From assembly GCA_053919585.1 (NCBI GenBank), contig CM132794.1: a DNA stretch of 64,000 nt; one strand, written 5' to 3'. Positions 49,920 through 63,905 of the stretch are shown here, piece after piece (the stretch's first letter is position 1; every line of letters begins with the position of its first letter). This stretch comes from Euprymna scolopes (taxonomy: Eukaryota). The notes under the pieces are model-generated. The model searched no databases, was not told where the DNA came from, and saw only the letters and a list, made by a program, of their open reading frames with translations. The position numbers were made by a program, and so were the translations under genes.

Positions 49920-52900
49920 TAGTCAGCAAATATAATAAGAGACAATACAATAATAGACGAACATTTGATCTCTATCGTGCCGGTGGTTTTCCTATTTCTA
50001 GAGGGCCGGCATTGTCTGGCTGATTGTAGTGTTACCAAGTCGAATGTTGCATATATGTTGTGCATAACTTCTTCCTTTTCAGCAGGAAGTTGTCTTTCTT
50101 CATCTGTTATACGTTTCCAAATTTGATTTAAATGCTTCTTGTGCGTAAATCTTGGACCTTCGATAATGTAGACAATCCGCCCGATCTTTTTTCTGGACCT
50201 TTCTAGTTCCCACATCGTACTATCATTTTATGTACCTGGAAAAATACCTTTGCACCGGGTAAATACCTTTTTTCATGAACGATAGTAGTTTCACCTGTTT
50301 AGGTAAGAATTTCCCAATGACCGGCCTAATTTTCCTCGCGAACATTAAATCTGCCAGCGACATCTTCGATGGAGTCCTTTCATTTGGAATAATTCGGTAA
50401 ACTTGTAAAAACTGTTGTAACGATTTTTTAGGGCGTTCCTTTAGGCTTCTTCAACGCTATTTTCAACGTGTATACAAACCTCTCTGCCTGGGATGATACG
50501 TTAACCTGGAAATCCTTGCAGAAGCTTTTAAAATCTGCTTAAGTGAGTTGTGTGCCATTGCCTGACAATAGACAATCAACCACACCAGACCTAGCGAACA
50601 ATTCGTGAAGAACACTGATTGTAAAATACATTGTTGGACTTTTACATCGACATACCTCAGGCTATTTTGAAAAAAACTGTCTACCCCTATTAAATAAAAG
50701 GTTCCATCCAGTGGGACTGCGTAATCGACGTGTATTCTTTGCCGTGGGTGGTCCGTTTTGGGCCAAGGGCTAAATTGTATTGGGGGTGCTTTTGCAGCCA
50801 ATGCGCATCCCTTACACGACTTTACCATGCCTTCTATATCAGTGTCCATATTCTTCCAGTAAACGTAGGACCTCATTACCCTCTACATTTGCGTAGCCAA
50901 AGGGTGCCCCGCATGGAAATCCGTTAGAATTTTCTTTTGTATTGTAGCTGGGATTACTACTCTTTCCCGGTACAAAAGTACTTCATTGCACATAGAATAA
51001 GTTTCCGCCGCCGATTATCCGATTGATTTTTTTGTTTCATTTCTTCGATTAAATTATCTTCTTCACTCTTTCTTTATATAACTTTCAAAGTAGCTGCTAC
51101 TTCCTTGATCGTATTACAAAGTATTTGTGTATAGCCCTTTTAATTTGTAGTGAAGCTATTACTGTGTCTTCCAGTGGTTCCCATGATTTCAGAATTAATA
51201 GCAACAATCCGTCTGCTTAACTTAAATTCGCAGATGTAAGAATTTCCATACTGAAATCGTAATTCAGTAGGATGCGTCCCCTTCTTCGTAGACTGTTGGC
51301 TGTGTAAGTTAGCAGACCTTTTAAGAGCCAAACATGGTAATAAGCGGCCCATGCTCAGTATGCAATTTAAACATTACGACCGTGTAAAAATCGGTGGAAT
51401 TTTGTAACACCGAATCTGATCCCCAGTGATCCCTTTTCAACTTGGGAGTAATTTTTCTTGTCAGGAAGTAAAGTTCTTGGCGCATGGGCGATCGGCTTAG
51501 TGGACCCATCAGCCATCTTGTAGAGAATGCACGCCGCGATCCCATAAGAACTTGCGTCAGTTGCGACAATAATCTCTTGCTTCGGATTGTAATGGGGCAG
51601 GGATAAATTGGACGTTAATACATCCTTTAATTTCTTAAACGGTGCCTGGCACTCATGCGTCCAGCCCCATTTTCCCCCTTTTTTAATAGTACATTCAATG
51701 GCGTACGCAATTCATGCATATTCTTAATGAACGTTTGATAATATTTCGCGAGCCCTTAAAAAGTCTGCAATATAGTTACATTATGAGGTTCTGGCATATC
51801 TTTTATAGCTGTGGACCTTCCTGATCGGGGTTCCTCCTGTCCTTATTCATGATATGACCCAGGTACTTAATTTGTTAAAAAAATATTCGAATTTTGCTTC
51901 CTTAAATGTGAAGCCGTGTTCGTTTTTCCTGTCAAACACTTGAAATACATGAGCTCTATGTCATTACACATTTTGACTACGGATAAGAATATCGTCCAGA
52001 AAGCTTATTGCGAAATCCAAACCGCTTAGCAAAGTATCAATTACCTGATGGAAAATTGTAGGTGCTACTTTTATACTAAATGATAATCTATTGAATTTAT
52101 AAAGTGCTTTGTACATTGAGATACACAAAATTCTCGAGCTATCTTCCTCTACTGGTATTTCTAGGTACGCCTCGCTTAAGTCTATTTGGGAACAAAATAT
52201 TTTCCGCAATTAACTTAGCAAATATTTCGTATGGGTTTGGTGGCGAGTAGTGATGGACCTTGAGCGCCGCATTTAATCCGGTCGAAAAGGTTTTTTTTGC
52301 AGTTTTTACGTAGCGTTTTGTGCTACTTTTACTTTGCAGTATAAGGTCTTGTGCCTTGCTCGCTTCCATAGGTCACATGTAATTTTCCTCTGGTACTGAT
52401 ATGCATTGTACCCAAGAGGTCATTCACATTTGCTACAAGGACGTCAAGGATTTTGCACATCCTGATAATTTTTTGTAAGTTCTTTTTGTCTTTTGGTTGG
52501 TAATTGTTTTGTTGGGGGCGTTCCTTTATTTTAAAAACGTATTTTTCTAATGTGAGCGATACCTGCTTCCTATATGTTTCGGGAATCTTGCTTTATTGCC
52601 AAGAACTGCTGACCATCTTCAGCCAGTTATCGAAGCGTAAAATCAGGTTCTAATTCCAATCAATTTAGAGCACGGCACCTTATATCGGCGCCTTTAGTGG
52701 CAATCACACCTTCTGTGAATATTAAGCATTTGAAATTGTCCGCCGTTTTAGATGTCAATATGAAATCGTCATAGTGCTTATTAACTATATATGCAAATGT
52801 CGTATTGTCCTGACTCTCCTTACGTGTAAGATTCATGTATTTCCATCTTTTATGAAAAAGGATTTTTCAGACAGTATAACTCCGTTAATAATTTGAATGC

Positions 52901-53460
52901 CTCGTCAAACGAAAATTCGTTGGTTTCTTTTGTATAATATAGTCCACGAATTTATTATGTTCGGATGTACCTTATTTCCATAGCAATAAACGAACCTTAT
53001 TTTGATTAGTCCCTGCATTAGAATTAATCTTAAAAAGGTATTCAAATATTCTGAATACGCCTCGATCGTTAGGTCTTCCTCAGGAGAATAGCGAAATATA
53101 TCAATAGCTGACCAGACCGCATTTTGGGGAAAAAATTTTGCTTGTTTCTTCTCCTCTACCCATATTCACTTCAACTTGTGTTATCAGATCCATTTACTTA
53201 TTTGACTGTTTTGTTGCCTTAAATGTAGTTTTTTTTTTCAATTCCAATATTTGTTCATTCATTTATTTCCTATCTCTTTCTTGTTTTTCTTTGAAAAATT
53301 TCATTAAATCTAACTGATTTTCAAATAATTGTTCGTTCATTCTTTTTTTTTCTTCCTCGTTTTTCATCGAGATATTTTATCAAATTTAACTGTTTCTCTT
53401 CGTTCTGTTTCTGTATTGCCAATTGTTTCTATTCGTTTTGTTTCGGTATTGCCAATTGTT
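49920..53460 (-). mobile_element. Degenerate Ty3/Gypsy gag-pol
   Basis: Gag at 52570-53130; RT FSTGLNAAL, QIDLSEAYLEIPV, FLDDILI; RNase H region IVATDASSYGI; integrase FHAGHP, MRSYVYWKNMD...CKGC, RIHVDYA. Many stops and frameshifts. Confidence 0.92.
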
Positions 53461-55364
53461 CCTCACTGATCTGATAGCATAACTTTCTCTATTACACATT
53501 CCTTTCTATTGACTATATAAGTCATTCTATAATGAATGTACATACAACAGTAACACGCGTATTACATTTCAGAAGCTTTCGATAAGTTCTGATTTCATCA
53601 ATGCAAAACAAGATAATGGCGACACTTTTACTTCGTAGCCGTTCATTGAAGCTATTTTTTATGTTCTAGACTTAGAGATCCAACTGAATGCCTATGTTAT
53701 TCACGGTACATAGTTTCGTTTAAACATACTTTTGCTAATTTGTGCACACACTAGCTTTAGCCAATATAATAAAATATATCATTTACTTTTGCAGGAGTGT
53801 GTTTCCTGTTTCCAACGCTAATACATTTTACCTATAAGACGTATTAGCAAGACATCCTTTTTAGAACAACGAAGGCTTTCTTTGTACTTACTGAAAACTA
53901 GGTCGCGTTAATTCAGTAATAATATTTCTCCACGCAATTCGTATTATGTGTTATTTTTCAGTCCGTAGTTTACGTTTCAGTGGCTTTTAAACAACAAGAT
54001 AATGCTTTTTGACGGCGTATTTGTAAAATCCTATTTCGGCAAGGGTGGTTGTCCTTTTATCGAAGTGTTCCTTATCCCGTGTTTGTGGGTGTTTGCGCTC
54101 AGATGTTGTTTTTTTTAACGTAGACAAATAGACAAGTGTGCTTTCCCGTTCTTCACCAAACTTTGGAAAAATAAATACTTTGGAAGTTTGGAATTTCCTC
54201 TGAGTGAAGGAAACAATTATTTCGAATATCCACGTGTTCTTCTTTTCTTGAATCCTTTTGGTCGTCAAATGCTGTTTCCCCATACCTGTATAATTTTTAG
54301 AGCGAATTCGTCGCCGAATGTTCGTCATTTAGTTGTTGTTAGAAATTATTGTAGATTGATCCAGGAAGTTCTTGAATCGTAATCGTCAGCCAGTTGTTGT
54401 AGCCCCGTGGTAGGGAGTACAAATGAAAATAATTACAAGTAGTGTAAAGTGTATAAAATATATGTATTTATCATAAAGAATACAGGAGCCACTAAAGTGG
54501 TATGAGAGGAACGTGTTCGTAGAATGCGGTGAAACATGATATGGATGTCTCCAGTAAGTGTCTGAAACCAGTGGTATTCATTGGGCTGGTTGATCGCACT
54601 TAGTTCTGAAATAGGGGTTATTTATACTCCACAACAATTATCAAATACAAAATATTCCAATGTTACTTCAAAATTCCGATTCTGTACACCGTTTTATATG
54701 TATTTACTTATCCTTCAATGACTCCAATATCCGCATATTTAAAGTTTAGATTAAGCAAGCATGTTGTGTTCGCGAGTTATAATAACATTTATATATTCCA
54801 TCGTTGTTCTGGTGTTATAATTATGCCAACACAGTTTACTTAATTTTATTTATGAGTCTATCTGACGAATGGTGATATTCATGTGTACTGTTCTATATGT
54901 TCCCTTCCACAATTTACATTGTCTTGGAAATGGAAATGTGTTACGCTATTGTTCGTTTCAAGAAGTGTCTGTAGCGCTTTATAGTTATTAAATAACTTAG
55001 ATATTTTATTTACGCAAGAGTTATATTTCATAGTGGGCTTTTTGTCAATCTTACTTTAACATTATGTGTCTGATATTTATTGCTTCTTTACGTCTAGAAC
55101 AGAGTATATTAATACTTCTCACTGAACATACCTTTGTCTATTATCTATTCCTTTCTATCGACTATATAAGTCATTCTATAATACATGCATATATAACAGT
55201 AACACGCGTATTACATTTCAGAAGCGTTTCATAAGTTCTGCTTTAATCAATGCATAAATAGATAATGGACACACGGTCACTTCGTTGCTATTTTATAAGT
55301 TCTAGACTTAGAGATCCAACTGATTGCCTGCGTAATTCACGGTGCATAGTTTTGTTTAAACATC
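53460..55364. repeat. ~270-bp direct repeat pair (53460-53730 / 55115-55364)
   Basis: Shared ctttctat.gactatataagtcattctataat...acagtaacacgcgtattacatttcagaagc...ttctagacttagagatccaactga. Confidence 0.85.
53950..55100 (-). mobile_element. Possible second LTR-element 5' fragment
   Basis: Minus strand ...ACAACA-ac-TGGCTGACGA at ~54384-54401 resembles an LTR end plus PBS. The downstream ORF is not clearly gag. Confidence 0.35.
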
Positions 55365-56289
55365 CTTTTTTTCTTTTGTAAGAGTTTGTTAATGAATCAA
55401 TGTCTCCTTCATTTCAAGGTGCAAAATGAATGATGTTTTTCTACGAATATATATTAAAATACCCGAGCCATTCTATTCTTGTTGCCATTAGTAATTTTAT
55501 TTCATATTTGTCATTCCATAAATACTGTGTGATATTCTTATTTGTTTATGTTTGTATATAAAAATTCATTTAATTAATAAAGTAAGAACGTTCGTACATA
55601 AACAATAGCTCAAATAAACGGTTACGTAGTGAATTCAATGACCCTTATATATTTTCGCCAATGATATAAACAGAAAATCTGGAATATTTCTGACCTGTTA
55701 TTCGGCGTTATTCTTATATGTGCATGAATAAATGTATAACGTATATAGTGCAGATGAATGGAATACGTAAAAGACGGGGTCCTATCGCCTGTTTAGTGAG
55801 AGATATTAATTATTCTGTTGATTACATATTTAACATTGTCACACAGCAATACATATGTTACAGAAGATTCTAAGTGATCGAATTCTATGTATCGGATATA
55901 GCTATGTAACTATCTGTTTATTTACGTGTACATATAATCAATTAAATGCAGACGCACAAATTATTTGCAAAAATTAGTAGGCATACATATACATAACACG
56001 TGTAGCTTAAAATTTATTTTTAATCTTGTTTGCATAGGAACAAAAAAGTAAGTATGCATATGAACAAACAAGTCATTATGCATATCTTAAAACAGAGCAT
56101 CTAAACGATGAATGCGCAATAATTACATAAAAACTCGATCATTACTAAATAAAATGGGTNNNNNNNNNNNNNNNNNNNNNNNNNNNNNNNNNNNNNNNNN
56201 NNNNNNNNNNNNNNNNNNNNNNNNNNNNNNNNNNNNNNNNNNNNNNNNNNNNNNNNNNNNNNNNNNNNNNNNNNNNNNNNNNNNNNNAA

Positions 56290-58300
56290 AAATTTGCAAT
56301 TAACAGAGAAAAAGAATTATTTTAGACCCAAGACATCTTTCGCCATACTCATCAGGCGCAAACGATGCCATTTTTTAACTTTTTTTCCAAAAGGAATACA
56401 CGAGTGAGAAATAAAAATTAATAGTTAAAATGGGAAGGATTAATTTACAATTATAATAAATATATGTACTGGAAAGAAGGAGGGGGAATGATGAAATAAA
56501 ATGTATATATATATATATAATGAGTACTATAAAAACATTAAACTAGCACGAATGGGGAATGAAAATCCGCATATAAATATACGGGGAAAAAGAAGGGGGA
56601 GGGGAGGGGGAACTCATCTAAAATATCTCTACAATTCACCTCACTAAAAACATCCAGGGTGTTCACAAAACGTTTCTGCCTGCAGGGCGTGAGTTTAGGG
56701 TGTTTAATAGAGACGGATCATAGAGTTTTGGAAATGACTACTCGATCGGCCTCGAAATAAAATTGAAAAAAACTCGTCCTTATATGGCTGCCCACATTTT
56801 GGGTTATCCAATGAATGATTGCCAATTGCGAAATATTATTTATTGTAGGTGGGGATTGAGGATGTTTTTTTTTAATTTTATTTTTATTTTTATTTCGGAA
56901 ATATGAAGGAACATGTTGTCCAATTCTTGTTTAAAATGAACGCTGATTCGCCTGATATAGACAGCATCACACACACATTGGAATTTGTATATCATATTGC
57001 TAAGTTTAGGTTTGGCAAACAGTCCTTTTTGCAAGAAGAAAATGCAGGTTTCTTATTGAAAACATTTCTATGTAAAACAGACGGAAAACAATTGCTGATA
57101 GTCTGTTTAAGTTGATTAATGAGCGGGACACATTTTTCAACAACCCACAACAAATTAAGATGAACAGGACAGCTTACATCTTTATTAAATTGATTGCTTT
57201 TGATTTAATGCATTTATCAATAAGGAATTCCGGGTAGCCGTTATCGATTAGAATTTCGATTTAGTAATTTAAGTATATAGTCGACAGGGGGAACTAATAA
57301 CCAAGACCCTATGTACCAACATATAAATTATCGTCAACTTTGTAGTTTTGTACGCAAAAGAACAACGTTTATTATAAAGAGCGGTAAAGGTAAGTTGTCT
57401 ATATATAGAGAGAATTGAGAAAACCTCCTTTGGACCTTTCAATCAACACGTCGAGAAACGGGGGAGTGTTTCTCTTTTCTTATCTCAATAGTAAAAGATA
57501 AAGCGGGATGTAAGACGTAGAGACGTTTAAAGAAATCTAAAACCAGATCCTGAGAAGGAAAAGCCGCAAATGTATCATACACATAACAAAAATATGAAGC
57601 AGGGGTGCTATGTGGTGAATTGAAAAGTTTTAATTCGTAGAACCCAATGAAAATGTCGGCAAGGGTGAGACCTTAGGGGCTGCCCATGTATATCTCATCA
57701 ATTTGTTGGTACATCACGTTATCAAAACTAAACTCGACAGATTTAGAGCCGAGAGAAAGGAGTTCAATAACATATTTTTTTCCGATAAAGAAGGAGGAAT
57801 AAGTTCACTACACATCAACTAGTAATATTCTCATCGATAGGCACGTTAGTAAATAAACTAGAGATATCAAACGAGCAAAAGAAAGCATTGTTTTGATTAG
57901 GAGTATTATCTCTAATGATTTTAGAGGTAGTAAACGAATCAGAAACACAGAAAGGAGAATAAAAGGCACGGACAGGTGAAAGTAGATCAGTGAGCTATTG
58001 GGCAAGTGCATGTTGAGCAGAGCCAACCATGGATGAAATCGGTCTACAGGGCACATTATCTATATGAATTAAATTAATACATAATTCATAATTATACCAG
58101 ATGGATAGCCAATGGGGGATTCCAGGCGCTAAATGAGAAAACAGCTTATCTCGGCATTTGTTTCCAGAGGTCTTGTGCACACACTTCACTTGACATTGGT
58201 TTTTACAATGTTGACTCAGGCGAGATTGGAGATTGAGCACCTTCTGCCACAAAACTTTGACGCTTGTGCGTATCCATAGTATGTCAAAGACTGAAAGAGC
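56290..58300 (-). mobile_element. Degenerate Penelope-like element (RT, GIY-YIG, 3' pLTR)
   Basis: MGSP*GLTLADIFIGFYE; FCYVYDTFA (YVDD-like); NMIYKFQCVCDAVYI (GIY-YIG); CRQKRFVNTLDVF* at the C-terminus. Confidence 0.88.
56326..56359 (-). ncRNA. Putative minimal hammerhead ribozyme (family C)
   Basis: GCGC CTGATGA GTatgGC GAAA GAtgTCT T GGGT, with a complete core, about 300 nt downstream of the PLE ORF end. Confidence 0.65.
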
Positions 58301-58305
58301 TTGTG

Positions 58306-58373
<68 letters not shown>

Positions 58374-59351
58374 GAACTAGTTCGAGCACATACAAATTAT
58401 TGTATTCTTAGAATATTGAAAGCATGGCAAAGGAACAACTATGTCGATTGAGTGGGAAATAAAATTAACGAATAATAACATACACACAATGATAAAAATA
58501 AAATCAGGGCAAATAAAAGAAACATTAAATGAAAAAGAATAACACACAGATCAAAACAATTTTAAAGAACCGTTACTATAATATTACTAATTAGACAAAC
58601 ACAAATTACGAGGTAAATTTAATTAGAAGTTGTGTAGGGTTAAAGTAAACAAGTTTAATGAAATAATTAAAATGACATTCAAATAAACTACAGTAATTGA
58701 GAAACATGGCATCTAAATAAGAGAAATAATACAGCATGCAATTTAGTGAGCTGCAATCAGAACACACAATAACAGTAGACAATTGTTAGCGAGAGTCGAT
58801 TATATTTCTGATTACTTGTTTATTCCAAACTTACAGTTTCCTGTTGTCGTATAATTTTGTATCATAGTATATACATTAATACAATAAGTAATATAGAGTG
58901 TGTTTACTTATATATTAATAGGATAGCGTGTGTGTTCTATATTTTGTACGTCACGCTCACGTTCGAGTAGCTTTAATTATTTGGTATAGATTTCTATTTC
59001 TTATAAAAAATAATTTTACCAATAATTCTTCATACGTTCTAGTTTCAGTTTCGATTATAGCTGTTGGCACTAACGCTATTCATTTTTTAATAATACTTTT
59101 CCCGAGAATATTGCATAATATTTTATTTCGATTTTGATTACAACTGATGGCACTTAAGGTATCTATTGTTTTATATTTATATAAACAATTTTAGCAAGTA
59201 TTCGTTATATGTTTGAGTTTAGCTTTCGATTAGAGTTGCAAAGACGAAGGAATCCATTAATCACTATTTTATACACATTTTTTGGTTCGCTTTTGTATTA
59301 GAGATAAAGGGACTCAAGTTATGTACACCCTCCTTATTTTATCGGTAATCA

Positions 59352-60123
59352 CTTGACGGGTGACGAGTGACGAGTATGATTGTTCTCCCGTCGGGGCGAT
59401 TATGTTTGGTCATTTGTAGGTGCTCAGATTGCTGTGGAGGCCGATTCTTGACCCACAGACTTTACTGGACTTTTGGCATCTGTGGAGTGTCATCTCGGTA
59501 GTGGAAGAGGCGGGAGGAGCTGTGTTTGTAGTAGATCTCTCCTTTCTCTGCTTCTTCCTGTTTTCTGCGACTATATGGATGTGTTTTTTTGAATACCGTG
59601 CCTTTATGGCCCATCTTGCTCAACCTGCCCATCTGAAGAGCAGCATCATTCCAACTGGCGGGGCTGAGGTCACACGGTCTGAAGTGCGTCTTTATCTTAT
59701 CCTTATATCTCTTTTTCTGTCCTCCGTGGGACCGCTTTCCCTCTTGGGGATGACGGTAGAGCATTTGCTTTGTATGAAGTTGTCAGGCGTGTGCATAACA
59801 TAGGCCGACCATCGCAGTTGGTGTTGTATGATGGTTTTAGTGATGGTAGGTATGGTGACCTCCTTCAGGACGCTTACGTGTGTTCGTTGATCCTTTCATC
59901 GAAGGCCTATCATCGACTACGTGATCTACTGCCGCAACGGATGCGCGAGTGCATCCTTTGCCAGGCTACAGAAACGGGTGTTTAAGAATGGGGACATACA
60001 CAGCAGGGTCAAACTGGTTGTCTATAAAGCAGTTGTCTTGCTCACTCTTATCTATGATGCCGACAGCTGGACAAGCTTCAGCAGGCATCTGAAAGCCCTG
60101 GAGCAGTATCACCAGCTTTGTCT
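59352..60123 (-). mobile_element. RTE-clade LINE 3' fragment with inverted 5' segment
   Basis: Minus: QHQLRWS...GKRSHGGQKKRYKD with an (ACTCGTC)-type tail at ~59355-59375. Plus 59940-60123: ASASFARLQKRVF...VYKAVVLLTLIY...LEQYHQLCL. Confidence 0.88.
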
Positions 60124-60186
60124 CGACACACACCGTCACCCACCCACACCCACACAAACACACACGCACACACACACACCCACACC

Positions 60187-60242
<56 letters not shown>

Positions 60243-60764
60243 AAGACACACACAAACACACCCATATTATATATTACATGGGTAGGGTTAGGTTTCAATT
60301 CAAGCTGATGCATCTAATTCATATGGGTATAGTTATCATTTTTTAAATCACAACATGATAATATATAAAAATTGCTTGTACATTAACTCTATAATAATCT
60401 ATACGAAATCTGCAAACATTAAAATATACCATATAAGGGTTCTTTACGAACGGGTCACGTCGGGCTTCTCTGCTAGATTAGATAAATATTTTGCAGTATT
60501 AAAAAATTCTACAATAATATCTGAGCGTCTCCATTTACGCTGAAAATCTACAGAATGTCATATTACATATGAATCAATTCCCTGTGAAATTTTCATATGT
60601 CCAGGTAGTTAATCTATGTATATAAAATCGATGAAGTTGTTTTCATTTTAAAGACTCAGTTAATGGCGACACACTTCTCATATTTAACATTGATTTAGTC
60701 ATAAGTTTAGCAGAAAAGTATGTGTACCATATTTGTACATTTTTACAAAGAAAATACTTTACTG

Positions 60765-63120
60765 TTTTTACACAGGAATCACCACTTTTCAAGGTCCGGT
60801 GGCCTCTCGAGGATAAGGGTTAATTAGTATACATTAATCATTAATTACATTAGCGTAGTAAACATGAGTAGTTTAAATTGTGTGAATTGGATTACTTCGG
60901 GGGACGGTTAATCAGGAACTAGGAAGAGAAATGCAGCAGGAGAGACTGGACGGCTAGAAGGATCCTACAACTTTTCCAGCAACCTTAGTAATGGAGGTGG
61001 TATATGTGTTCCATCTCAGTAAGGGTCAAGCCAAGTAGATTGTCAACACAAAAAGCCTCCCCAAGAGAGCCATTCATTTCAATTGATGCTTGATGGGAGT
61101 CAGGTTGTTTATAATGTAAATACAGGTGCTTGGTTTTAGATGCATTAAAACAAACAAGCTAATTCTTTCCCCATTGTACAACGTGCGCAAGATCACAGGA
61201 GAGAGAATCAGAAAGGACTTCGTTTACGATCTTTGATGTGCTAACATAGGTGGTAGTGTCGTCAGCATAAATGCCTACGAATTATGTAAGGATGTAATTT
61301 GGAAGATCATTAATGCAGATCAGGAAGAGAGTTGGGTCGAGATAGGCACATGAGGGATTCCAGCATTATTACTGAGAGTTTCTGATTTATGGCCATCAAA
61401 CACTACTCTTATGAAACTATCAGAGATAAATTATTTAATTATTGATAAGGCATTTCCAGATACCATAGCTGGAGATCTTGTTAAGTAGACAGTTATGCCA
61501 TACCTTATCAACGGCGTTTGATATGTTGAACAATTGCCCCAGAGAGGAAGCCTCCGTCGAGAGATTCGCTAATCCTATAAGATATGAGTATAAGCAAGTC
61601 TGGTATAGATCGAGGAAAACGGAAACGATATTGCATGTCACTAAGTAGTTTATTTTTGCTGAAATGGTTGACACAGATTCCAGCAACTTACTTATTACTT
61701 AGGAGACTTTTGACCTGTACTGTGAGGGAGACGAACGATCACATTAATGCCTGAATACAGGGCATACTGATGAGATTTTCAAAGGTGTTGGGAAGCATTT
61801 ATCCAGAAGACAATGCTTAAATATATTTGTAAGTATAGATGCTAGTTCTCTTTGAAGCTTTTTGAGCACTATAATTGAAATGCCGTTAGGGCCGGTTGCA
61901 TTACTAGTATCAAAGTTTTACATTAGCTTGGAAACAAAACGTACATATATTTGTATGTCGCATAGCATGTTTTCAGATACACGGAGGAATACGGGATATT
62001 GGCGGCCTTGGCAGCAAATGGTAGAATTTGTTGCAAACCTCTACGCCAAGAGATTGGCCTTGTCTGATGCTGATGAGATTACCTCAGATCCATTGATAAT
62101 AGTTGAGATAGAGCACACGCTTCTGTTTAAGATTCTATTTATTATTTGCCAAAACTGATGGGAACCAAACCGCTGCTAGGCCACTTTAGACTTGACGAAC
62201 TGATCATACAACTCTCTCTCTCTCTCTCTTTATTACTTTTTTTACAATGGTTGCTAGCGGTCCTGAACGCTGCTTTGATCTCATTGCATCCATTATATTG
62301 GAAGCCATAGAAAAAGTGAGGGGACCTAGTCAATATTCTCAGATATGCTTTTGTTGCCACTGTCGTTGGGGCGATGAAGTTCAAATATAAACGCAAGAGT
62401 GAGGAGGCGCACCCCGATAGTGGAAATAGGTAAGTAAGGATATTCTATGGAGATGTATCTACCACATGGAAAGCCGGCTTTAATGTAGGCACGTTATCCA
62501 TGCCCATGGCTATCTTTGGGGTCGGATTTAAAAGTTAATTTAGATTATCCAATAATTACGAACTCATCTAGGAAAATAGTCGGTTCAATGCCAGTTTCGC
62601 TTAGGAATAATAGGTTTGGTTTAGTTTCCTTTCATAGAGTTTAAACCTTTTAAATGATTGGAACGTAGACACCTGATGTTGGAGAAGGAGATATGGTATT
62701 GGTGGTCTACGTTGAAAGTTGGAGATATGGTTTTAATCGAGTATATTTTTCTGGACACATTTCCTGATTAATTTTTGGGAGTTGTGGAACAGGTCGAGCG
62801 ACATGCTTAGAGCAGGGTAGGAAGGAAAAGTAAGAGGAAATGAAAGGAAATATCTTTTTGTAGTACATGATAAGGTAAAGCCGTAACAATTACCTATTAA
62901 TATGACATCGAGAGGTCCCACCCAAAGCTACTGAATGGTCCAGAATCCATTCACCAAAAGGCGATACAACAGCCCCAGTACATTAAACCTGCTGATGGGA
63001 TAGCCTCCTTAGTGGTTAATCCAAGGTTTGTGTCCCTGACTATCAGGCAGATTACTTCAGCTCAGTTAAAACGGTTACGCCCGGCACCGTTTGTAGTTAC
63101 ATAGCCACTAGGATAGACAA
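60765..63120 (-). mobile_element. CR1/Zenon-like LINE, longer but internally deleted copy
   Basis: Reverse complement matches 16880-18090 (VISSASDKA, AVDKVWH, GIYADDTT). AP-endonuclease remnants (SFSNIRCLRSN, LFLSETGI) at 62590-62690. Shared 3' motif at 60765-60820. Confidence 0.85.
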
Positions 63121-63850
63121 GGAAACAGGATGACCATCATCTCTTGCAACTGTTCACACAAAATCCTGCCAACCTAGATCACAGCTGATTAAAAGTAGAA
63201 ATACGTCTTCATAAAATAAACAAATAAACACTTTAGATTAATAACCTAAGATAAGAGTCTTAGATAACCGTGCGTCTATAGAAATTGAATTATGATATAA
63301 GTTTTTAATTATAATTTAGTTGTGTTCTTTAACACTTATTTTTCCTTTTGCCAAGTTCAAAATGTAATCTCATATTTTTGTTTCCCGGACATCGACAAAT
63401 AGCATAGGAATCCACTGCAGTTGCAGCTGTTATTGGAATCAATATATATTACAGAATAATCGATTGTTCGAAACATAAAACAATTACATTTTCAGTCGTA
63501 GAATTCAATATCATAAACAAATAAGCTAGATAGATATGTAAAGACATAAAATTAGCAAATTGCCTTCATGTGATTAATACTGGAATGTAGGTTTTAGCAA
63601 GAGATTATTACTGTAAGAATAACAATCAGATTGCCCGGAGTCATTATATTTTAAAATCAAACAAGGGGAACGTCTTATTGATACACGTTGATTAGTTTAC
63701 AATTTTAGTTGCGGAGGTGGTCCTATCTAGCAGGAAGTTTGTACGGAAGGAATCATCTCCTCGTTCGGAATTTTATAGAGAGACTCAAGCAAAGCATGAT
63801 AAAAACAAAATAAATTACAATAGGCTGTATCTTCGATGGAATTCGGCAAC

Positions 63851-63905
<55 letters not shown>

